From: Catajapyx aquilonaris
Lineage: Eukaryota
Assembly: GCA_000934665.2 (NCBI GenBank)
Contig: KZ538638.1
Coordinates: 1 to 57,457 of the forward strand
DNA: 57,457 nt
Direction: 5' to 3'
The position numbers and the translations under genes are program-made. Below the pieces are notes generated by a model that was given only the letters and a program-made list of their open reading frames with translations, made no database searches and was not told the origin of the DNA. Shown here piece after piece: positions 40,450 to 51,600 of this stretch; position 1 is the first letter of the stretch, and each line of letters begins with the position of its first letter.

Positions 40450-40676
40450 ATGAAGACCTCGGCGGAAAAACGATCAAGGTCCACTTTTTGTCAAAAATGA
40501 GTAACATATCTCAGAAGATACTTTCACTATGTAGAATAATATGATGGTTTGGTCTTAGTTGTGGAGTAATGATCATACGTTACTATGTAAAGCCCCGAAG
40601 GGAGTTACAATAGAATCTTATGGGCCTTCGAAATTTAAAATTGGAATATCTCAGTCTCTTCCCCCGAGGTCTTCAT
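40450..40676. mobile_element. Probable MITE, family uncertain
   Basis: 18-bp inverted repeats with one mismatch, ATGAAGACCTCGGCGGAA and TTCCCCCGAGGTCTTCAT, enclosing about 190 bp of AT-rich sequence. Confidence 0.6.
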
Positions 40677-42777
40677 ATATACTTCTAATCGTGTCTGAGC
40701 TGCCACACCCTGTTGCCCAAGCTCCATGCAGTCACTAATTTTAAATGCAATTATCGTTGAGTTCAGAGGGCATGTCCAGCTTATCCAGCCAGTCTAAAGA
40801 TCGCTCGAATGTAATATCCTGGAAGTAAAAAAAGACCGTGATTTCAAGAAGAAATCCGCGTGACATGCCAGAATTCCTGGTTTGTCATGTGTGCCATTCA
40901 TATAGGAAGCCGTGGAGCTGGCTAATTGAATTCCAGCAGCGGACATTTCAATCCCTGCGAGTCTGACCCTGGCGTTTCCCTGGGCCAACTGAAGCATACC
41001 TGTGGCGTGGAATCGCGCAGATAGTTGTGTGAGAGGCGGAACCCACAAAATGCATTGTCCAGCCAGCAAGGTTCCCATCCCCAACACGAAGATGACCGCC
41101 GACAAATTCGCTTCTTCCCGTGTCCTCCAATTCTCCGCCCTACAAGACAGCAACAGCCTCTCCTTTTTCTTTCGTCAGCAACACAGCTCGGAAGTAGTCT
41201 CATCCGTCACAACCAGAGCCTCCACCGTTACTTCATTTCGGGGCCACCCTGGCAGCCCTATCTAGATAAGCCCGCCACTCTTCCGGACTGCCCAATGCAG
41301 ATCTACCACGCACCCTTCATGAAAAAGAGCTATTCAAACCGGGATTTCAAGATGCATATCATGAATCAGAATGTGTGTGATTTTTGATGCAACGTAGTGG
41401 AGAGTCAAATCAGGTAGGATTGAACGGCATGTACTCATGGTGGATACGCCTACGTCGGTAACGGTGGGTGTCGGGCCAATTTAGCACCCATACAATTTCG
41501 ACTTGTTTGGAGTGCGGATCACCACCTAGTTTGTTACATATGTACCTTGTACTTGTCTGGCAGACTGGCAGGATTCTTCAATCTTTCAATGTACCAGGAA
41601 TTCCGCTTTGAAAAATATGGGACCTCGATTGGAATTTGGGTATAGAGATGGGACAAGGAGAAATAAACATGCTAAATGCGATGTATTGAAACACACAACT
41701 CTATTTTCCAGCCAAATTACAAAAAATACCAAATTTAAGCAAATTATGTTTATAAAACTTTTCATGGTTGTAATAAAATCATATGCGATAACAATTTGTA
41801 AGCACGAGATGATTATTAATGATTCGAAAACATTTTTTTGCTAAATTCGCCAATTAAATAGATAGTAAGCAGCGTGAGTTCTGTTTTTTCTTAATCACCA
41901 CGACCATCTGAAAGTAGTAGCGATAGTGATGAAGCAAAAGATGCAAGTTAATTCACATATAAAGAGTGACGTAGAGGTAACATACAATGCATTAAAATCC
42001 AGAGCTAAAATTACGACCAGGAGCTATATATGCAAATCCCCAGAAGCTAATCAAATCAATGATGGGCACAATTATTCCATTGGGAATGGACTTAAAACAA
42101 TTATTTAGAGTCAGTTTCAATCCGGCGTTACCATTCTTACCAATCCCCCCCGTCCCCAGCATGCCTCCTTCCTTATAGATTCCCATTCAATGCCATACCG
42201 ACAACTCAATTCAATTTATCGAATAGCCTTCTCAGTAAGTCTAATCAATAATTCAGCTACAAATTACAATCATTTCCGTAGGTCAATTTTTTCACTTACG
42301 AATTTAAAGTGATAGTCAATTCAAATCAATTTATGCATATTTTTAGTTCGACGGAATGATGCTGCCAGTAAGTTCAATAATAGGTCTATTACAGTCACAG
42401 TTTGAATTTAATTCCGAATCCATTCGGTTCATAATTGATTTGTGACCGTCTTCACTATTACAAACACAACACTAGCCTAGTAGCCTATATACCAGATATG
42501 CAGCCGTCATCTCTGGCCAAGATGGCGACTGTTTCTTCGCTGTTCCACACCAAACATCTTCAGGCATATCGCTAACTCTCCCGGTGGCCGGTACTAGTAA
42601 TTAATTTCGACTAAAGTGCATTTTTAGATGCTTGGTGCAACTTGATGTCAGTTTTGAGTATTTTAATACGGAATTTAAAAGGATACATTAGAATTACTTC
42701 CGGAGATTTAAAATGCGTATTTGAAATACCCAGGAGCTTCCCAGAAAATTGCATGAATTACATGTGCAACTAGACTA

Positions 42778-43456
42778 CAGTGGAGCATCGATTATCCGAA
42801 ACAATGGGGGGGGGGGGACTGGGNGGGGGAATTGTACCGGTGTCATAGGAGCAATATGAAACAAAAGGGCGACACGGTGGCGGAGTGGTTAGCGCAGCAG
42901 CATTTCACCTCTAAGGTCCCAAGTTCGATCCCCGGATCGGACAGAGAATGGATGCTTATGTGGATAGAGGTTCGATGGGTTCTCTCCGTGTTCGCGTGGG
43001 TTTTCTCGGGATTCTCCCGTTTCCTCCCACTATCAAAATCCATCACATCAAAGGCAATGGTTAAAGTCGGTCAATTAAAATATGATCCCCTAAAAAGCCC
43101 AAGGAGGCTTATCACGGGGCATCCATTACTTTTTTATTATTAATATGAAACAAAGAAACAGTGATATTAAACGACACAAAACTGTAAATTTCGTATCACA
43201 GTCACGTCTTAAAAATACATAATTATACCTTATACATAAAGTAGTATACAGTACACTACATACATTAGTGTTGCATACAGTACACTGCATACATTAAAGT
43301 AGGCCTGCAGTTTAGGAAAATAAGTCCAATGCATGTATTTTCTTTTTGCTTCAGAGACTGAGACTCGTTTTTTTGCCGCTAAATCTCGCGCGCAAATTTG
43401 AATTTGCCGACTCGAACGCTTCGGTATTCGGTATTCGGATAATCGATGCTCCACTG
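42778..43456. mobile_element. Non-autonomous Tc1/mariner-superfamily (pogo/Tigger-like) MITE containing a nested SINE
   Basis: Perfect 23-bp TIRs CAGTGGAGCATCGATTATCCGAA (42778-42800 and reverse complement at 43434-43456), flanked by TA on both sides; no transposase. Confidence 0.9.
42866..43141 (+). mobile_element. tRNA-derived SINE with a V-domain-like core
   Basis: A box GGTGGCGGAGTGGTTAG, B box GTTCGATCCC, central GTTCTCTCCGTGTTCGCGTGGGTTTTCTCGGGATTCTCCCGTTTCCTCCCAC resembling the V-SINE core, TTA-rich tail, and a 13-bp target-site duplication AATATGAAACAAA (42853-42865 and 43142-43154). Confidence 0.88.
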
Positions 43457-44348
43457 TATTACTGTTGCACATGTAATTCAGTCATGTAATTATGAGAACA
43501 ATCACCAAATGCAGAGTGATTTTTGAGTCAGCAAATCAACCAATACTGTTATTTTCATATTATATTATTGTAATGTTATCTCGGAAAATCTAACTTGCAT
43601 ATCACAATATTAATCAGACAAATGAAATAAAACATCACTGAAAATACGACTAGCAATACCAGACATTGCAGGCTAATCAAAGTAGTCACAATCTTTTAAC
43701 CATCTGATGGAAAAGGCGGGTAATTGGATTTTTGTTACGACAGTACTCGCAATTAATAATTATATTGACAGGCAAGCACAGAGTAGGGAAATGCATACAC
43801 GTGGCCCTGTAAACAATATCTAAAAACTAAAGTGACTTACACTAATTTATGCATAAAGACGTAATTTTTGTCAAGACATTTCCATAACCGGCTTTGATTC
43901 CAATTATTTTTCACTCACAGCTCTAGGGTGGCCATTTCCAAATCTCCTGCTACAGTATGTATATGCTACAACTATAGAATATGAGAGTTAGTTCCTCTTA
44001 TTTTTCCCTCGTTTGTGACATCATTATAGAGTAAGTATGAATTTTTCCAGATTTTAAAAACCAGTTTTGAAATTCATTAAATTTTGCTTTGTAAATGGTA
44101 AGTTTTCGAGAATCACCCGTTTATAGCGGACATATACAGGATGGTAGGAAAATATTATAAAACCACTGGTGTCGGACATTATTCTGATGAATGAATCGAA
44201 AAGTAGTCTCATTTGCCGTAAAAATTACGGTTGAGGCTCTAGAACCCTGCAAATGTGCTACTATATGGTGAGTCACTCTCTGAGCAACCCTGGTTTGCCT
44301 AATATCTTTGCTTAGTGTGAATGAAGCAAAGTTATATCATGATGCCTC

Positions 44349-44404
44349 TGTCTCCCCACACTATTGACTGTATCTCCGGGGGTACAAATAAAATAAATAA
44401 ATAA
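44349..44404 (+). mobile_element. 56-bp 5'-truncated retroposon 3' end with (AAAT)n tail
   Basis: Insert ends AAATAAAATAAATAAATAA and is flanked by a 15-bp direct repeat with one mismatch, ATATCAYGATGCCTC (44334-44348 and 44405-44419). Confidence 0.65.
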
Positions 44405-44472
44405 ATATCACGATGCCTCACCTCGTCATGAATGAAGATACAGTGTAATTATTATATGGTCACTGACAATCT

Positions 44473-44543
44473 CCATTCTATCTATGAATGATCCTGGAAT
44501 AGAACGTAGGACCTGTGGAAGGCAGATCCTTCTAAACCACTAG
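44473..44543 (-). mobile_element. Degenerate tRNA-derived SINE head
   Basis: Minus strand reads TAGTGGTTTAG (A-box-like) ... AGGTCCTACGTTCTATTCCAGGATC (B-box-like) ... AGAATGG, colinear with the head of the SINE at 42866. Confidence 0.4.
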
Positions 44544-47500
44544 TGAACATCATGCAAAAGGCAGTTCGACACAATCTGTACATTCCAAATATTTTAAGTA
44601 CAGCACCAGCAGGTGTCCACTAACAAAAATTTCATAATATATCTACATGTCCACTAAATGTCCCGTAATTCTCCAGCAGGATCGTCCTAAAAAGGCCATA
44701 AATCCACCCGCTTTATCTTCGGAACACCGAAACTCAATTATGCCAATGATATTTCTCACACGCGTGTTTCAATCAAGCGGAATGGGACAGAGTTGATACT
44801 TTCCATGCGTATATTCCCCCCCCCNCCCCTCTTTTGTCCACCCCCATCCCCAAACCGAAAGTGCAACGACAGTCGAATTACTTTTCCCTGGCACGTGCCG
44901 ATGAATAACATTTTCAACCTTTTTAGGAAATTAAACGCTGTGCTTAATAACGCTTTTCGGGAGGGTGACGGTTCGCAGGAAGAAAGTTGGCAGCCCCATT
45001 TGCATCGTCAATGTTGATCTTAATCAGCAAATGGATCTTCTTGGTCACTATGATTACGCTTGAAAACGAACGCGTCAATTGAACGGTCGGGGAAGGGAAA
45101 TAAACGTGCCAAACACGTGGCGCACTATATAGCTTTTCAGAAGAAAAAGAAAAAGAAAGAAAAAAGAAGCTTGAATGGAAATAGACTCAGCTCTGCAAAT
45201 TCTGCAACGGTGAACAACTTCCTATAGATGGCAGGGTTGTGCACTTCTCAACCTGCTTGCTAATTTTCCATGCCTAAGGCATAATATCAGTACCGTCAGG
45301 TTGTTCCTGCATAAAATTTTAGTTATGATCCTAGCCAGTTGTAAATAATAAGTTATTTCTTTTTTACACTAAAAAAACTAGCAGTATCTTGTAATCCTGG
45401 CATATTTCCCACGTCGGTTTTAAGTTGATAAATAACCAACCGCATGTTTGGACGTCGATCATAATCAGACTGATACTCCGGACATTCAAATCGTTATGGA
45501 GGTTTAATTACACACTTGACTGATGAGTACACATCCCCTCAGGTCTCGAATCGTTCTCAAGCCTGGCAGATACTAATCTGAACCTTAGAACGAAGATGGA
45601 TGTTCCATAAGTTTTTTTCCCCATTTATTTTTTTATATACTCTAGCGCCCAGCATCCACATGTGAGGGCGTCAACTGCGTGTGAGTGTGTGAGAAAATTT
45701 TTCCATAATTACATACAGAAGTACGCCGAGTGCTGTAGCCCTATCTATATCGTGCCCGCTTCTTTTTCCCTATACGTTTTTCAACACATGCACACGTGTG
45801 TGCATAGTACAAAAAGCAGCCAAAAGTGGAGTCCAATTTGCGTAAGAATTATCACCGATTAGACACTTTGGTCGGCCTTTTTTGTCAAGCCCACGTGAGG
45901 AATATGCGGCGGTCGAAACATTGAAGAATTAGCACCACTTAGGGGATGATGACAGTTTGTTGAAGGAAGTGCTACAAGATGCCTATACGGTACGGGAATG
46001 TACCTGTCTCGAAATAAACGGGGATGGTCGAAAGGTACACACAAAAAAGTGGATGCACGAGTTTGAAAAATGCCACTATTTCTCTGAAAATTACCCCGGA
46101 CAAACTGGACCGGGCCAAAGTAACACCTCCTAAAAAGTTATCGATGATTAATTATCCCCCGACTGACACACGGAGGCAAAGTTATCGCCATAGATGGCCA
46201 GCCTCCATTAGCCTCCATCTAGAAGAACAGGTCTTAAATTCAAATTAGACTCCATCTTCTTATCGGTCACTGCAGTAAGCAGGTTCAAAAATGCTACCTG
46301 CCATCTCAACGCATTTTTACTCAAAACTTATCTTCTTTTTTGTACTTCTGACATAAAACGTTGTAGTCAAAGTATGGAGTGAATTTATTCAAGGGTAGAA
46401 AATTCCTATTTCGTGCCCAACACAATGTAGGTAAACTCAGAAGGTAAACAAAATCCCATTTGACTATAATAACTTATTTCAAAATTTAAGGGGCTTGATA
46501 TTGTTGGATTTAAATTGTAAAAATTTCGCTTTAAATAATAAGGTGGGATAGGCTACAGACATTGATTAATGATATCTTAAAGCATTCTTATGCACGAACA
46601 AATTGATGTTGACGGGAATGATGAAAGTGAGAAGAAGAAAGTAACATAATTTTTTCTTTCACTTTCCGGTTAAATCTTAGGCTGACAATTTTTTTTGAAA
46701 CGAGTTTTGTCAAAAAGGTGTGATGTAATTGAGATTTTGTTTCTTCTTTAAAAAAATGAAATTCTGCCGCTATCTGGCACATTATTTCGACAATGTTGCC
46801 TTGAAGTGACTGATAGTACAAGAAAAATGCTATATCCATCTTTTTATGTAAAAAATTCCCTGTAAAAAAGGAATCCAGTAAGTTTCACAAAGCTCTCTTA
46901 CAAGGTCGAGCATTCATAAGCTATCTTCCGAGAATTCTTTCATATATGCACATCCCTTTGATGCCTTCCATTTCAAAATTCCATTTTCGTAAGTTTCTGG
47001 AGATAGCTACAGAAAAGTATTTCCACATGATCCATATGTCCTGGTAAAGGGCAGGAAATTTTGTCGAAATACTTCTTATGTCAATAGGCAGTCATGCAAA
47101 TGAGAAAAACAGCATGTTTCTTCCTCTGGTCAAGCTCTTATCATCAAAATGTATTGTAGATTTCAGAGCCACATTCAGTCCAGGTAGACATATATGAAAG
47201 GCATGCTTGTCTCAGGAGCCATACTGTCTGCTGCCATAAACCTTGCCAGATTTATTTTTATTTTTAACACCTGTATGAGTCACTTGTGCTTATTGTTATT
47301 CCGATGCGAGGCTGTAGTGCATATTTTAGAAGCCGACCTTGAGGTATCGTGTGTAGTTAGGGCAAAGAGTCCAAGTGCATGTGACATAATGAGCCGGGAT
47401 TTATATTCCGTGACTAAATGTGGGACTATGAAAATGTGACAAATTAACATTTAGTCGAGGATACAGGTAATTACCCATACATTCTAGTGGAACCGTGCAC

Positions 47501-48062
47501 TAAACGTGTGATTATCAAGTGGACCCGTGAACCTCATATTTTGTAATCAATATAAGTTAATACTAGTGTACTACTGCGATATCTGTTGTACTTGTAGTGG
47601 CTGTCTGGATAATCCCATATGTGGGGGATTTCCGTTCGGGAATCCCAGGGTCACACTTCACATTGCCGTGTAAATCGCCGAAAAGGCTGAGGTGTATTGT
47701 AATCTACGACCTATGACGTCTGTTAATTGTATACGTCGATCTTATCACTACTTGAAATCTGGAAATATTACCAATGATGCAGTTATATACAGCCAGTAAA
47801 ATGTAGATCAAATTTGCAAAACGACCAAGCATATTTTTATGAAAATTGAGTTAGCCATTGTGTAATATTGCCCTTAATATAGGAAAGGAAATTTCGTAAG
47901 AGATCAAGCAATCTTCAAATTTCCATACCTCACAATCATTCTGATTATGATCTTCCCTCATTACAGATCTTCATATTAAGTTGTGCAATAAGTTCGACGA
48001 AGTTAAAATTGTTGTCCTCTAAACTTATTTCAGACCAACTGGCATGATTAACATACATAATG

Positions 48063-48430
48063 ACAATTATCGATAATTGTTGTACTGCTATAAGCAGTTA
48101 CCACCTTCGATATATTTTTAATTAATCGTAGATTTTCCCTAATTTCCATATTTTTCCAACAATCCTATCCATAAACAAACCCTCTCCCCCTCCCCCCCAA
48201 AAAACCGTCCCGCCAATAATCCATCGACCAATCAGAACAATAACCGTATCATTGAGAATCAATGCTATACCGCTGCTCGTGGCCTGGTTGGCTTTCTTCC
48301 CAAAGCGAACCCGTCATTTTGGCAGTGGTTTAATCTCCCCGGAGTGTTACATCATCCTCAGCGGGCAGCAGCGGGATTGGAGCCGGCTTCTAAGGCGTCA
48401 CGGGTAACGTCACACTTGACGACTCGTCCA
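48063..48430 (+). promoter_or_regulatory. Putative ChaC promoter region
   Basis: DRE TATCGATA (48068-48075) inside an 18-bp palindrome ACAATTATCGATAATTGT; CCAAT boxes near 48213 and 48228; CEBP-ATF composite GTTACATCA (48346-48354); CRE half sites at about 48395-48421; shift from AT-rich to GC-rich sequence before the ATG. Confidence 0.5.
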
Positions 48431-48515
48431 GCCTCAAGTGTATGTGGGGTCTACCCTCAGGCGTCTTTCATTGCTGATTTTCTGTGCATTTGGGACCGGC
48501 CTGTCAGGGAATGGT

Positions 48516-48689
48516 ATGACCATGGATGGACAGCACTCCGTTGATACCAACAGCCTGTGGGTGTTTGGGTATGGATCGTTGTGCTGGTACCCTGGGTTCA
48601 AGTTTAGAAGGAGCAGTGTGGGATACATCAGAGGGTTTTCCCGCCGTTTTTGGCAGGGGAACACCACGCATCGGGGTACTCCAGATAAG
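48516..48689 (+). CDS. CHAC1: ChaC exon 1
   Basis: [28 protein letters not shown]...[16 protein letters not shown]; the second ATG (48522) has strong accATGg context; AAG|gtgatt donor. Confidence 0.92.
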
Positions 48690-51600
48690 GTGATTATGCC
48701 TGTTTTTGTTGACATTTAGTTGATGGACTTGATGTGTCATTTGGGTCAGGCGTGTCTATGAGATTAAGGGGTTTGGATGTTTATCTCTAGAAATAGGTTG
48801 AGCGACTCATAGCCACATTGTTGGGTACCATAGTCAGTCGTATAATTTGCAACCAGTTTGTCAACATATTAGCCAATATGTCATTTTAAAGTCCGCAATA
48901 TTGCATGCCCCATAAAAAATGGACTGATGACACTTGTTGATATGTTTGTTTACGACCCTATCGAATTTCCGGACTCGCATTTCTTAATGCCTTCTTGCAC
49001 GTGACGAAAACGTGCTCACACTAAAGTATGCTGCCTTGAACCTGAACTTGGCTGATAGCACATCCAGCATGAAGGCCACTAAAAATAAAGCCCAAAAGTA
49101 AATCCAGTTGTAGACCGATAAGAAAATCTAATTCCGGTTTTCTCTATTCCAGCCAGGACGAGTGGCTACCCTTGTGGAGGATCAGGAGGTAGGTGTCAGC
49201 CACCTCCCTTTTGCTTTCTCCCATTTAATTTGATCAGGCTTGCGTAATCAGACCCTGGACCATCCTTGAGGTTTGCAAACTTCCATGAATGAAGGTCTAC
49301 GCTCCTGAGGGCACAGCCCCCACCATTGATTGCATAATAACGACTCTCGCTCTCAATTCGGGGTCCCCCCCCCCCCCCCCCCNCCCCCCCCCCTTATATT
49401 ACTCCGTCGAAAGCGTCTGGTTCCCTTTCAGGGACGAGGTGATTTCAAACGACCCGAACGGTGCGAGTAATTGGAATGAGAACTGACGTCTTTGGCCATT
49501 CTCAAGCCACCGGAGAAAATGAAACTGGGACCACACGACCGTGACCTCAATCGAACATTGGCATAGCGCGAATCCTGCTTTTGCATATGAGGGGGGGTTA
49601 TACATTGCGGAAGGGCCGGATCATTTTTAGTTGGAATTATTGTCAGTAATATAATTTTCAACATTAACCTCCTGAGACCCCTGGTACAGTATACTGTACC
49701 TTTGTTTTTTCCAGCACCTTCTAACTCAAACGCGTAAAAAAACAAAAACAAAGGTACAGTATACTGTACCAGGGGTCTCAGGAGGTTAAAAATATTTTAC
49801 CGTAAATGTATATTTTTTGGTGTGAATTTGTACACGTGTTAGAACGCTGAGAGGGAATTACTATCCGACAAGCCTTTATTGTTGACACGGCTTGGTATGC
49901 AGTAAATCGGATGCTTGTATTGTACAAGTAGCACATTGTTGTGAGCAGTCAACACTTACGTACCGGTATGTGTTGCATTATTCTCACGTCCCGCAAGGAA
50001 ATGGCGAGTTTCACGTGAACAGTGCGGGTATTTGGGCCTGCCAAAGTGCAGGTTGTATTCTACTAACACTACAGCGGAGGGTTAATTTTAGAGCTGGGGT
50101 ATCTCGAGCAAAAAATTCCGTAACCGTGCCCGACGCAGTACGATACGTTAAGAAACGGGCAAGTGTCACAGCTCGTCCCCATTCTTGCTCAGTAACAATT
50201 GCTCACGGTCAGATGTGAAGGATAAAGCTCGGTCTGAAAAAGCGCGCCAAATATGACGCCCATCAGCATGCAGTGTTTTCGTTAGTTTGCTATTGCAAAT
50301 ATCCCAAATATTTACATTTCTCATGCGCGGACGTCATAATCCCAGATGCTTCAATATGAGAAACCAGGAAAAAACTCTGTTGTGTGTTAGTAAATACCAC
50401 ACAGTTTCCTGGAAGAAGAGCGTTACATACGTAAAGGCTCAAGTTTCAAAACAAATTCAAATGCAGCATTGATGTAAATATTATTTCTCAACTGGACACG
50501 CAGCAACTACTAGAAGGCTGTAAATAATGCAGGAAGGTATTTGCGTGAATGTTAATATATGGGTTCCAGGGTACTTTCACGTGCAAATATTTTCCCACTG
50601 CTAGCATATTCTGCGCAATCCTGATTAAGTTTGAAAGATGTTATCACTATTTGAGTACCCATGCCCCGCCCTGGTTGCATAAGAACCAGGAATGGAAATG
50701 TAATATTTCGAGGAACCTGTTCCTCTCAGCAAGACAGAAGTGGTAGAGAAGGAAGTGGGAATGTTTCTTCTTTTGGATGATCATAATTATAGTACGCACC
50801 TTCCTACGAGCAAGAGGCTTTTCACTCGATCCCAAAAGATGAGGATTCGTTGGTTCGTGAAATTACAGTTTCTCCACCAATAATTTGAAACCCAGTGGCA
50901 GAGAGAGTCGTAGGGATGCTTCCTTGGGAGCCCCCTCAGGCGATGAAACAGAAATCATTCCACGGGTCAGGTTTAACCACGGCTTTCAAAATAAATCGGG
51001 AAGCGTGAGTCCAAAGTGGTGATTCCACCAAATGAAACTCTGGTTTTTCTCCTCCAAAAAAAGGGATTTGGTTGGACCCCCCCTCTCCTTCTGGGTCGAT
51101 CTTCGAGTCAATTTAATCATTCGGAGGACGATCAATGTTGTCCGTACCTTTGACTCATCGATCAAACATGGGCAGTGCAGTGTATAACAGGGTAAAGGAT
51201 CGGGACCCCTACACTTTTGTATGCTCCATACATACCCAATATCCGCTTATCAGTCAACATGCATATCAATCATAAATGTGACATCAAGTCTGTAGGGAAC
51301 GTTCATTCACAACTCAATTTTCTGCCTAGCCATAATGCAGAAAAATGACGTGACCTGGACTCCGGTTGAGGGCGGTGTAGGCAACAGTACCATTGTTGGT
51401 CTAGTGCAATAATTGGTGGTCTTTGAGGCTGATGAAACCCTTCCTGAGCAGGTCCGGTCTGGGCAGGAGCAGCGAATAAGAGCCTGGGCAGCAAGGGAGG
51501 GCCCCCGTGTTGTTGGAACAAAGCGGAAGGTGTTTGACCTCGGGGACGGTGTGAAAGGGCCTCGGGCATAAGGCAGATGACCATCTCCTTCTGTCAGATG

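Noticed and set aside
42866..42945. Possible tRNA gene
   Set aside because: A and B boxes are present, but there is no convincing cloverleaf or terminator and the sequence continues into a SINE core bounded by a TSD.
43923..44291. Possible hAT-like MITE (TAGGGTGGCCA ... GCAACCCTG)
   Set aside because: The inverted match is short and imperfect and I could not find an 8-bp TSD.
27700..48300. Hidden protein-coding gene between Delta and ChaC
   Set aside because: None of the 60-150 aa ORFs shows recognisable domains, coding-like composition or consistent splice signals. Small exons or lncRNAs cannot be excluded without RNA-seq.
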